In this document: positions 23,901 through 37,201 of the stretch, one piece after another
How the letters are laid out: every line of letters begins with the position of its first letter
Position numbering within the stretch: the stretch's first letter is position 1
Assembly (NCBI GenBank): GCA_964057225.1
Contig: OZ059896.1
Location: forward strand, 21,700,001-21,764,000
Reading direction: 5' to 3'
Length of the DNA stretch: 64,000 nucleotides
DNA from: Auanema rhodensis
Lineage: Eukaryota; Animalia; Nematoda
Translations under genes and position numbers: made by a program
Notes under the pieces: generated by a model
The model's input: only the letters and a program-made list of their open reading frames with translations
Database searches by the model: none
Told to the model about the DNA's origin: nothing

Positions 23901-26900
23901 TTTCAAACAATCATAACTAATTTTTGTATTAAGCGTTTCTCAATGTAGTATAGTGCATTCGATGCGGATTTTTAAGCTGCGTCGATCTGTGTTATCAGAT
24001 TTGCGCTAGCTTAAAAATGCACCAAGATATCAACTGATATAAGTGCACACTTATATCCTCGATTTTCACCCTGAAGAATTAATTTTTTCGTTGAATAACA
24101 TTGTCCATCGTCTTTGCCTTAAAAAAAGTAATCTAAAAACATCTACTTTTTGCTAAATTATTTCGAAATTTTTCGAAAAAATTTTTGTCAAAAAGTTTTT
24201 GGAAGCAATGTTGAGTGTACATGGAAACTCAACATACACTAATGCATCATTTTTCAAACGATCATAACTAATTTTTGTATCAAGCGTTACTCAATGTAGT
24301 ATAGTGCATTCGATGCGGATTTTTAAGCTGCGTCGATCTGTGTTATCAGATTTGCGCTAGCTTAAAAATGCACCGAGATATCAACTGATATAAGTTCACA
24401 CTTATATCCTCGATTTTCACTCTGAAGAATTAATTTTTTCGTTGAATAACATTGTCCATCGTCTTTGCCTTGAAAAAAGGAATCTAAAAACATCCACTTT
24501 TTGCTAAATTATTTTGAAATTTTTCGAAAAAATTTTTGTCAAAATGTTTTTGGAAGCAATGTTGAGTGTACATGGAAACTCAACATACACTAATGCATCA
24601 TTTTTCAAACGATCATAACTAATTTTTGTATTAAGCGTTTCTCAATGTAATATAGTGCATTCGATGCGGATTTTCAAGCTGCGTCGATCTGTGTTATCAG
24701 ATTTGCGCTAGCTTAAAAATGCACCAAGATATCAACTGATATAAGTGCACACTTATATCCTCGATTTTCACTCTGAAGAATTAATTTTTTCGTTGAATAA
24801 CATTGTCCATCGTCTTTGCCTTGAAAAAAGGAATCTAAAAACATCCACTTTTTGCTAAATTATTTTGAAATTTTTCGAAAAAATTTTTGTCAAAATGTTT
24901 TTGGAAGCAATGTTGAGTGTACATGGAAACTCAACATACACTAATGCATCATTTTTCAAACAATCATAACTAATTTTTGTATTAAGCGTTTCTCAATGTA
25001 GTATAGTGCATTCGATGCGGATTTTTAAGCTGCGTCGATCTGTGTTATCAGATTTGCGCTAGCTTAAAAATGCACCAAGATATCAACTGATATAAGTGCA
25101 CACTTATATCCTCGATTTTCACCCTGAAGAATTAATTTTTTTGTTGAATAACATTGTCCATCGTCTTTGCCTTAAAAAAAGAAATCTAAAAACATCTACT
25201 TTTTGCTAAATTATTTTGAAATTTTTCGAAAAAATTTTTGTCAAAAAGTTTTTGGAAGCAATGTTGAGTGTACATGGAAACTCAACATACACTAATGCAT
25301 CATTTTTCAAACGATCATAACTAATTTTTGTATCAAGCGTTACTCAATGTAGTATAGTGCATTCGATGCGGATTTTTAAGCTGCGTCGATCTGTGTTATC
25401 AGATTTGCGCTAGCTTAAAAATGCACCGAGATATCAACTGATATAAGTTCACACTTATATCCTCGATTTTCACCCTGAAGAATTAATTTTTTCGTTGAAT
25501 AACATTGTCCATCGTCTTTGCCTTGAAAAAAGGAATCTAAAAACATCTACTTTTTGCTAAATTATTCTGAAATTTTTCGAAAAAATTTTTGTCAAAATGT
25601 TTTTGGAAGCAATGTTGAGTGTACATGGAAACTCAACATACACTAATGCATCATTTTTCAAACGATCATAACTAATTTTTGTATTAAGCGTTTCTCAATG
25701 TAGTACAGTGCATTCGATGCGGATTTTTAAGCTGCGTCGATCTGTGTTATCAGATTTGCGCTAGCTTAAAAATGCACCAAGATATCAACTGATATAAGTG
25801 CACACTTATATCCTCGACTTTCACCCTGAAGAATTAATTTTTTCGTTGAATAACATTGTCCATCGTCTTTGCCTTGAAAAAAGGAATCTAAAAACATCCA
25901 CTTTTTGCTAAATTATTTTGAAATTTTTCGAAAAAATTTTTGTCAAAATGTTTTTGGAAGCAATGTTGAGTGTACATGGAAACTCAACATACACTAATGC
26001 ATCATTTTTCAAACAATCATAACTAATTTTTGTATTAAGCGTTTCTCAATGTAGTATAGTGCATTCGATGCGGATTTTTAAGCTGCGTCGATCTGTGTTA
26101 TCAGATTTGCGCTAGCTTAAAAATGCACCGAGATATCAACTGATATAAGTTCACACTTATATCCTCGATTTTCACCCTGAAGAATTAATTTTTTCGTTGA
26201 ATAACATTGTCCATCGTCTTTGCCTTGAAAAAAGGAATCTAAAAACATCTACTTTCTGCTAAATTATTCTGAAATTTTTCGAAAAAATTTTTGTCAAAAT
26301 GTTTTTGGAAGCAATGTTGAGTGTACATGGAAACTCAACATACACTAATGCATCATTTTTCAAACGATCATAACTAATTTTTGTATTAAGCGTTTCTCAA
26401 TGTAGTACAGTGCATTCGATGCGGATTTTTAAGCTGCGTCGATCTGTGTTATCAGATTTGCGCTAGCTTAAAAATGCACCAAGATATCAACTGATATAAG
26501 TGCACACTTATATCCTCGATTTTCACCCTGAAGAATTAATTTTTTCGTTGAATAACATTGTCCATCGTCTTTGCCTTGAAAAAAGGAATCTAAAAACATC
26601 CACTTTTTGCTAAATTATTTTGAAATTTTTCGAAAAAATTTTTGTCAAAATGTTTTTGGAAGCAATGTTGAGTGTACATGGAAACTCAACATACACTAAT
26701 GCATCATTTTTCAAACAATCATAACTAATTTTTGTATTAAGCGTTTCTCAATGTAGTATAGTGCATTCGATGCGGATTTTTAAGCTGTGTCGATCTGTGT
26801 TATCAGATTTGCGCTAGCTTAAAAATGCACCAAGATATCAAATGATATAAGTGCACACTTATATCCTCGATTTTCACCCTGAAGAATTAATTTTTTCGTT

Positions 26901-29900
26901 GAATAACATTGTCCATCGTCTTTGCCTCAAAAAAAGGAATCTAAAAACATCCACTTTTTGCTAAATTATTCTGAAATTTTTCGAAAAAATTTTTGTCAAA
27001 ATGTTTTTGGAAGCAATGTTGAGTGTACATGGAAACTCAACATACACTAATGCATTATTTTTCAAACAATCATAACTAATTTTTGTATTAAGCGTTTCTC
27101 AATGTAGTATAGTGCATTCGATGCGGATTTTTAAGCTGCGTCGATCTGTGTTATCAGATTTGCGCTAGCTTAAAAATGCACCAAGATATCAACTGATATA
27201 AGTGCACACTTATATCCTCGATTTTCACTCTGAAGAATTAATTTTTTCGTTGAATAACATTGTCTATCGTCTTTGCCTTGAAAAAAGGAATCTAAAAACA
27301 TCCACTTTTTGCTAAATTATTTTGAAATTTTTCGAAAAAATTTTTGTCAAAATGTTTTTGGAAGCAATGTTGAGTGTACATGGAAACTCAACATACACTA
27401 ATGCATCATTTTTCAAACAATCATAACTAATTTTTGTATTAAGCGTTTCTCAATGTAGTATAGTGCATTCGATGCGGATTTTTAAGCTGCGTCGATCTGT
27501 GTTATCAGATTTGCGCTAGCTTAAAAATGCACCAAGATATCAACTGATATAAGTGCACACTTATATCCTCGATTTTCACCCTGAAGAATTAATTTTCTCG
27601 TTGAATAACATTGTCCATCGTCTTTGCCTTAAAAAAAGGAATCTAAAAACATCTACTTTTTGCTAAATTATTTTGAAATTTTTCGAAAAAATTTTTGTCA
27701 AAAAGTTTTTGGAAGCAATGTTGAGTGTACATGGAAACTCAACATACACTAATGCATCATTTTTCAAACGATCATAACTAATTTTTGTATCAAGCGTTAC
27801 TCAATGTAGTATAGTGCATTCGATGCGGATTTTTAAGCTGCGTCGATCTGTGTTATCAGATTTGCGCTAGCTTAAAAATGCACCGAGATATCAACTGATA
27901 TAAGTTCACACTTATATCCTCGATTTTCACCCTGAAGAATTAATTTTTTCGTTGAATAACATTGTCCATCGTCTTTGCCTTGAAAAAAGGAATCTAAAAA
28001 CATCTACTTTTTGCTAAATTATTCTGAAATTTTTCGAAAAAATTTTTGTCAAAATGTTTTTGGAAGCAATGTTGAGTGTACATGGAAACTCAACATACAC
28101 TAATGCATCATTTTTCAAACGATCATAACTAATTTTTGTATTAAGCGTTTCTTAATGTAGTACAGTGCATTCGATGCGGATTTTTAAGCTGCGTCGATCT
28201 GTGTTATCAGATTTGCGCTAGCTTAAAAATGCACCGAGATATCAACTGATATAAGTTCACACTTATATCCTCGATTTTCACCCTGAAGAATTAATTTTTT
28301 CGTTGAATAACATTGTCCATCGTCTTTGCCTTGAAAAAAGGAACCTAAAAACATCTACTTTTTGCTAAATTATTCTGAAATTTTTCGAAAAAATTTTTGT
28401 CAAAAAGTTTTTGGAAGCAATGTTGAGTGTACATGGAAACTCAACATACACTAATGCATCATTTTTCAAACAATCATAACTAATTTTTTTATTAAGCGTT
28501 TCTCAATGTAGTATAGTGCATTCGATGCGGATTTTTAAGCTGCGTCGATCTGTGTTATCAGATTTGCGCTAGCTTAAAAATGCACCAAGATATCAACTGA
28601 TATAAGTGCACACTTATATCCTCGATTTTCACCCTGAAGAATTAATTTTTTCGTTGAATAACATTGTCCATCGTCTTTGCCTTAAAAAAAGGAATCTAAA
28701 AACATCTACTTTTTGCTGAATTATTTTGAAATTTTTCGAAAAAATTTTTGTCAAAAAGTTTTTGGAAGCAATGTTGAGTGTACATGGAAACTCAACATAC
28801 ACTAATGCATCATTTTTCAAACGATCATAACTAATTTTTGTATCAAGCGTTACTCAATGTAGTATAGTGCATTCGATGCGGATTTTTAAGCTGCGTCGAT
28901 CTGTGTTATCAGATTTGCGCTAGCTTAAAAATGCACCGAGATATCAACTGATATAAGTTCACACTTATATCCTCGATTTTCACCCTGAAGAATTAATTTT
29001 TTCGTTGAATAACATTGTCCATCGTCTTTGCCTTGAAAAAAGGAATCTAAAAACATCTACTTTTTGCTAAATTATTCTGAAATTTTTCGAAAAAATTTTT
29101 GTCAAAATGTTTTTGGAAGCAATGTTGAGTGTACATGGAAACTCAACATACACTAATGCATCATTTTTCAAACGATCATAACTAATTTTTGTATTAAGCG
29201 TTTCTCAATGTAATACAGTGCATTCGATGCGGATTTTTAAGCTGCGTCGATCTGTGTTATCAGATTTGCGCTAGCTTAAAAATGCACCGAGATATCAACT
29301 GATATAAGTTCACACTTATATCCTCGATTTTCACCCTGAAGAATTAATTTTTTCGTTGAATAACATTGTCCATCGTCTTTGCCTTGAAAAAAGGAATCTA
29401 AAAACATCTACTTTTTGCTAAATTATTTTGAAATTTTTTGAAAAAATTTTTGTCAAAATGTTTTTGGAAGCAATGTTGAGTGTACATGGAAACTCAACAT
29501 ACACTAATGCATCATTTTTCAAACGATCATAACTAATTTTTGTATTAAGCGTTTCTCAATGTAATATAGTGCATTCGATGCGGATTTTCAAGCTGCGTCG
29601 ATCTGTGTTATCAGATTTGCGCTAGCTTAAAAATGCACCAAGATATCAACTGATATAAGTGCACACTTATATCCTCGATTTTCACTCTGAAGAATTAATT
29701 TTTTCGTTGAATAACATTGTCCATCGTCTTTGCCTTGAAAAAAGGAATCTAAAAACATCCACTTTTTGCTAAATTATTTTGAAATTTTTCGAAAAAATTT
29801 TTGTCAAAATGTTTTTGGAAGCAATGTTGAGTGTACATGGAAACTCAACATACACTAATGCATCATTTTTCAAACAATCATAACTAATTTTTGTATTAAG

Positions 29901-32900
29901 CGTTTCTCAATGTAGTATAGTGCATTCGATGCGGATTTTTAAGCTGTGTCGATCTGTGTTATCAGATTTGCGCTAGCTTAAAAATGCACCAAGATATCAA
30001 ATGATATAAGTGCACACTTATATCCTCGATTTTCACCCTGAAGAATTAATTTTTTCGTTGAATAACATTGTCCATCGTCTTTGCCTTAAAAAAAGGAATC
30101 TAAAAACATCCACTTTTTGCTAAATTATTCTGAAATTTTTCGAAAAAATTTTTGTCAAAATGTTTTTGGAAGCAATGTTGAGTGTACATGGAAACTCAAC
30201 ATACACTAATGCATCATTTTTCAAACAATCATAACTAATTTTTGTATTAAGCGTTTCTCAATGTAGTATAGTGCATTCGATGCGGATTTTTAAGCTGCGT
30301 CGATCTGTGTTATCAGATTTGCGCTAGCTTAAAAATGCACCAAGATATCAACTGATATAAGTGCACACTTATATCCTCGATTTTCACTCTGAAGAATTAA
30401 TTTTTTCGTTGAATAACATTGTCCATCGTCTTTGCCTTGAAAAAAGGAATCTAAAAACATCCACTTTTTGCTAAATTATTTTGAAATTTTTCGAAAAAAG
30501 TTTTGTCAAAATGTTTTTGGAAGCAATGTTGAGTGTACATGGAAACTCAACATACACTAATGCATCATTTTTCAAACAATCATAACTAATTTTTGTATTA
30601 AGCGTTTCTCAATGTAGTATAGTGCATTCGATGCGGATTTTTAAGCTGCGTCGATCTGTGTTATCAGATTTGCGCTAGCTTAAAAATGCACCAAGATATC
30701 AACTGATATAAGTGCACACTTATATCCTCGATTTTCACCCTGAAGAATTAATTTTTTCGTTGAATAACATTGTCCATCGTCTTTGCCTTAAAAAAAGGAA
30801 TCTAAAAACATCTACTTTTTGCTAAATTATTTTGAAATTTTTCGAAAAAATTTTTGTCAAAAAGTTTTTGGAAGCAATGTTGAGTGTACATGGAAACTCA
30901 ACATACACTAATGCATCATTTTTCAAACGATCATAACTAATTTTTGTATTAAGCGTTTCTCAATGTAGTACAGTGCATTCGATGCGGATTTTTAAGCTGC
31001 GTCGATCTGTGTTATCAGATTTGCGCTAGCTTAAAAATGCACCAAGATATCAACTGATATAAGTGCACACTTATATCCTCGATTTTCACCCTGAAGAATT
31101 AATTTTTTCGTTGAATAACATTGTCCATCGTCTTTGCCTTGAAAAAAGGAATCTAAAAACATCCACTTTTTGCTAAATTATTTTGAAATTTTTCGAAAAA
31201 AGTTTTGTCAAAATGTTTTTGGAAGCAATGTTGAGTGTACATGGAAACTCAACATACACTAATGCATCATTTTTCAAACAATCATAACTAATTTTTGTAT
31301 TAAGCGTTTCTCAATGTAGTATAGTGCATTCGATGCGGATTTTTAAGCTGCGTCGATCTGTGTTATCAGATTTGCGCTAGCTTAAAAATGCACCAAGATA
31401 TCAACTGATATAAGTGCACACTTATATCCTCGATTTTCACCCTGAAGAATTAATTTTTTCGTTGAATAACATTGTCCATCGTCTTTGCCTTAAAAAAAGG
31501 AATCTAAAAACATCTACTTTTTGCTAAATTATTTTGAAATTTTTCGAAAAAATTTTTGTCAAAAAGTTTTTGGAAGCAATGTTGAGTGTACATGGAAACT
31601 CAACATACACTAATGCATCATTTTTCAAACGATCATAACTAATTTTTGTATCAAGCGTTACTCAATGTAGTATAGTGCATTCGATGCGGATTTTTAAGCT
31701 GCGTCGATCTGTGTTATCAGATTTGCGCTAGCTTAAAAATGCACCGAGATATCAACTGATATAAGTGCACACTTATATCCTCGATTTTCACCCTGAAGAA
31801 TTAATTTTTTCGTTGAATAACATTGTCCATCGTCTTTGCCTTGAAAAAAGAAATCTAAAAACATCTACTTTTTGCTAAATTTTTCTGAAATTTTTCGAAA
31901 AAATTTTTGTCAAAATGTTTTTGGAAGCAATGTTGAGTGTACATGGAAACTCAACATACACTAATGCATCATTTTTCAAACGATCATAACTAATTTTTGT
32001 ATTAAGCGTTTCTCAATGTAGTACAGTGCATTCGATGCGGATTTTTAAGCTGCGTCGATCTGTGTTATCAGATTTGCGCTAGCTTAAAAATGCACCGAGA
32101 TATCAACTGATATAAGTTCACACTTATATCCTCGATTTTCACCCTGAAGAATTAATTTTTTCGTTGAATAACATTGTCCATCGTCTTTGCCTTGAAAAAA
32201 GGAATCTAAAAACATCTACTTTTTGCTAAATTATTCTGAAATTTTTCGAAAAAATTTTTGTCAAAATGTTTTTGGAAGCAATGTTGAGTGTACATGGAAA
32301 CTCAACATACACTAATGCATCATTTTTCAAACAATCATAACTAATTTTTGTATTAAGCGTTTCTCAATGTAGTATAGTGCATTCGATGCGGATTTTTAAG
32401 CTGTGTCGATCTGTGTTATCAGATTTGCGCTAGCTTAAAAATGCACCAAGATATCAAATGATATAAGTGCACACTTATATCCTCGATTTTCACCCTGAAG
32501 AATTAATTTTTTCGTTGAATAACATTGTCCATCGTCTTTGCCTTAAAAAAAGGAATCTAAAAACATCCACTTTTTGCTAAATTATTCTGAAATTTTTCGA
32601 AAAAATTTTTGTCAAAATGTTTTTGGAAGCAATGTTGAGTGTACATGGAAACTCAACATACACTAATGCATCATTTTTCAAACAATCATAACTAATTTTG
32701 TATTAAGCGTTTCTCAATGTAGTATAGTGCATTCGATGCGGATTTTTAAGCTGCGTCGATCTGTGTTATCAGATTTGCGCTAGCTTAAAAATGCACCAAG
32801 ATATCAACTGATATAAGTGCACACTTATATCCTCGATTTTCACTCTGAAGAATTAATTTTTTCGTTGAATAACATTGTCCATCGTCTTTGCCTTGAAAAA

Positions 32901-35900
32901 AGGAATCTAAAAACATCCACTTTTTGCTAAATTATTTTGAAATTTTTCGAAAAAATTTTTGTCAAAATGTTTTTGGAAGCAATGTTGAGTGTACATGGAA
33001 ACTCAACATACACTAATGCATCATTTTTCAAACAATCATAACTAATTTTTGTATTAAGCGTTTCTCAATGTAGTATAGTGCATTCGATGCGGATTTTTAA
33101 GCTGCGTCGATCTGTGTTATCAGATTTGCGCTAGCTTAAAAATGCACCAAGATATCAACTGATATAAGTGCACACTTATATCCTCGATTTTCACCCTGAA
33201 GAATTAATTTTTTCGTTGAATAACATTGTCCATCGTCTTTGCCTTAAAAAAAGGAATCTAAAAACATCTACTTTTTGCTAAATTATTCTGAAATTTTTCG
33301 AAAAAATTTTTGTCAAAAAGTTTTTGGAAGCAATGTTGAGTGTACATGGAAACTCAACATACACTAATGCATCATTTTTCAAACGATCATAACTAATTTT
33401 TGTATCAAGCGTTACACAATGTAGTATAGTGCATTCGATGCGGATTTTTAAGCTGCGTCGATCTGTGTTATCAGATTTGCGCTAGCTTAAAAATGCACCG
33501 AGATATCAACTGATATAAGTTCACACTTATATCCTCGATTTTCACCCTGAAGAATTAATTTTTTCGTTGAATAACATTGTCCATCGTCTTTGCCTTGAAA
33601 AAAGGAATCTAAAAACATCTACTTTTTGCTAAATTATTCTGAAATTTTTCGAAAAAATTTTTGTCAAAATGTTTTTGGAAGCAATGTTGAGTGTACATGG
33701 AAACTCAACATACACTAATGCATCATTTTTCAAACGATCATAACTAATTTTTGTATTAAGCGTTTCTCAATGTAGTACAGTGCATTCGATGCGGATTTTT
33801 AAGCTGCGTCGATCTGTGTTATCAGATTTGCGCTAGCTTAAAAATGCACCAAGATATCAACTGATATAAGTGCACACTTATATCCTCGATTTTCACCCTG
33901 AAGAATTAATTTTTTCGTTGAATAACATTGTCCATCGTCTTTGCCTTGAAAAAAGGAATCTAAAAACATCCACTTTTTGCTAAATTATTTTGAAATTTTT
34001 CGAAAAAATTTTTGTCAAAATGTTTTTGGAAGCAATGTTGAGTGTACATGGAAACTCAACATACACTAATGCATCATTTTTCAAACAATCATAACTAATT
34101 TTGTATTAAGCGTTTCTCAATGTAGTATAGTGCATTCGATGCGGATTTTTAAGCTGCGTCGATCTGTGTTATCAGATTTGCGCTAGCTTAAAAATGCACC
34201 AAGATATCAACTGATATAAGTGCACACTTATATCCTCGATTTTCACTCTGAAGAATTAATTTTTTCGTTGAATAACATTGTCCATCGTCTTTGCCTTGAA
34301 AAAAGGAATCTAAAAACATCCACTTTTTGCTAAATTATTTTGAAATTTTTCGAAAAAATTTTTGTCAAAATGTTTTTGGAAGCAATGTTGAGTGTACATG
34401 GAAACTCAACATACACTAATGCATCATTTTTCAAACAATCATAACTAATTTTTGTATTAAGCGTTTCTCAATGTAGTATAGTGCATTCGATGCGGATTTT
34501 TAAGCTGCGTCGATCTGTGTTATCAGATTTGCGCTAGCTTAAAAATGCACCAAGATATCAACTGATATAAGTGCACACTTATATCCTCGATTTTCACCCT
34601 GAAGAATTAATTTTTTCGTTGAATAACATTGTCCATCGTCTTTGCCTTAAAAAAAGGAATCTAAAAACATCTACTTTTTGCTAAATTATTCTGAAATTTT
34701 TCGAAAAAATTTTTGTCAAAAAGTTTTTGGAAGCAATGTTGAGTGTACATGGAAACTCAACATACACTAATGCATCATTTTTCAAACGATCATAACTAAT
34801 TTTTGTATCAAGCGTTACTCAATGTAGTATAGTGCATTCGATGCGGATTTTTAAGCTGCGTCGATCTGTGTTATCAGATTTGCGCTAGCTTAAAAATGCA
34901 CCGAGATATCAACTGATATAAGTTCACACTTATATCCTCGATTTTCACCCTGAAGAATTAATTTTTTCGTTGAATAACATTGTCCATCGTCTTTGCCTTG
35001 AAAAAAGGAATCTAAAAACATCTACTTTTTGCTAAATTATTCTGAAATTTTTCGAAAAAATTTTTGTCAAAATGTTTTTGGAAGCAATGTTGAGTGTACA
35101 TGGAAACTCAACATACACTAATGCATCATTTTTCAAACGATCATAACTAATTTTTGTATTAAGCGTTTCTCAATGTAATATAGTGCATTCGATGCGGATT
35201 TTTAAGCTGCGTCGATCTGTGTTATCAGATTTGCGCTAGCTTAAAAATGCACCAAGATATCAACTGATATAAGTTCACACTTATATCCTCGATTTTCACC
35301 CTGAAGAATTAATTTTTTCGTTGAATAACATTGTCCATCGTCTTTGCCTTGAAAAAAGGAATCTAAAAACATCTACTTTTTGCTAAATTATTTTGAAATT
35401 TTTCGAAAAAATTTTTGTCAAAATGTTTTTGGAAGCAATGTTGAGTGTACATGGAAACTCAACATACACTAATGCATCATTTTTCAAACGATCATAACTA
35501 ATTTTTGTATTAAGCGTTTCTCAATGTAATATAGTGCATTCGATGCGGATTTTCAAGCTGCGTCGATCTGTGTTATCAGATTTGCGCTAGCTTAAAAATG
35601 CACCAAGATATCAACTGATATAAGTGCACACTTATATCCTCGATTTTCACTCTGAAGAATTAATTTTTTCGTTGAATAACATTGTCCATCGTCTTTGCCT
35701 TGAAAAAAGGAATCTAAAAACATCCACTTTTTGCTAAATTATTTTGAAATTTTTCGAAAAAATTTTTGTCAAAATGTTTTTGGAAGCAATGTTGAGTGTA
35801 CATGGAAACTCAACATACACTAATGCATCATTTTTCAAACAATCATAACTAATTTTGTATTAAGCGTTTCTCAATGTAGTATAGTGCATTCGATGCGGAT

Positions 35901-37201
35901 TTTTAAGCTGCGTCGATCTGTGTTATCAGATTTGCGCTAGCTTAAAAATGCACCAAGATATCAACTGATATAAGTGCACACTTATATCCTCGATTTTCAC
36001 TCTGAAGAATTAATTTTTTCGTTGAATAACATTGTCCATCGTCTTTGCCTTAAAAAAAGGAATCTAAAAACATCCACTTTTTGCTAAATTATTTTGAAAT
36101 TTTTCGAAAAAATTTTTGTCAAAAAGTTTTTGGAAGCAATGTTGAGTGTACATGGAAACTCAACATACACTAATGCATCATTTTTCAAACGATCATAACT
36201 AATTTTTGTATCAAGCGTTACTCAATGTAGTATAGTGCATTCGATGCGGATTTTTAAGCTGCGTCGATCTGTGTTATCAGATTTGCGCTAGCTTAAAAAT
36301 GCACCGAGATATCAACTGATATAAGTTCACACTTATATCCTCGATTTTCACCCTGAAGAATTAATTTTTTCGTTGAATAACATTGTCCATCGTCTTTGCC
36401 TTGAAAAAAGGAATCTAAAAACATCTACTTTTTGCTAAATTATTCTGAAATTTTTCGAAAAAATTTTTGTCAAAATGTTTTTGGAAGCAATGTTGAGTGT
36501 ACATGGAAACTCAACATACACTAATGCATCATTTTTCAAACGATCATAACTAATTTTTGTATTAAGCGTTTCTCAATGTAATATAGTGCATTCGATGCGG
36601 ATTTTTAAGCTGCGTCGATCTGTGTTATCAGATTTGCGCTAGCTTAAAAATGCACCAAGATATCAACTGATATAAGTTCACACTTATATCCTCGATTTTC
36701 ACCCTGAAGAATTAATTTTTTCGTTGAATAACATTGTCCATCGTCTTTGCCTTGAAAAAAGGAATCTAAAAACATCTACTTTTTGCTAAATTATTTTGAA
36801 ATTTTTCGAAAAAATTTTTGTCAAAATGTTTTTGGAAGCAATGTTGAGTGTACATGGAAACTCAACATACACTAATGCATCATTTTTCAAACGATCATAA
36901 CTAATTTTTGTATTAAGCGTTTCTCAATGTAATATAGTGCATTCGATGCGGATTTTCAAGCTGCGTCGATCTGTGTTATCAGATTTGCGCTAGCTTAAAA
37001 ATGCACCAAGATATCAACTGATATAAGTGCACACTTATATCCTCGATTTTCACTCTGAAGAATTAATTTTTTCGTTGAATAACATTGTCCATCGTCTTTG
37101 CCTTGAAAAAAGGAATCTAAAAACATCCACTTTTTGCTAAATTATTTTGAAATTTTTCGAAAAAATTTTTGTCAAAATGTTTTTGGAAGCAATGTTGAGT
37201 G
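17901..37201. repeat. Satellite domain 4 (monomers 52-106): mosaic of variable-length HORs
   Basis: Domain-specific markers CAAAAAGTTT (pos 328 T>A) and TATCAAGCGTTAC (pos 72 T>A), plus local markers GATGAGG, TCAAATGAT and a 1-nt T deletion. Confidence 0.8.

Noticed and set aside
28629-28820. 63-aa minus-strand ORF
   Set aside because: Ordinary satellite sequence. A single A>G at 28718 turns the usual TAG into CAG, the start is TTG, and the product is low-complexity K/F/N-rich with no recognisable domain.
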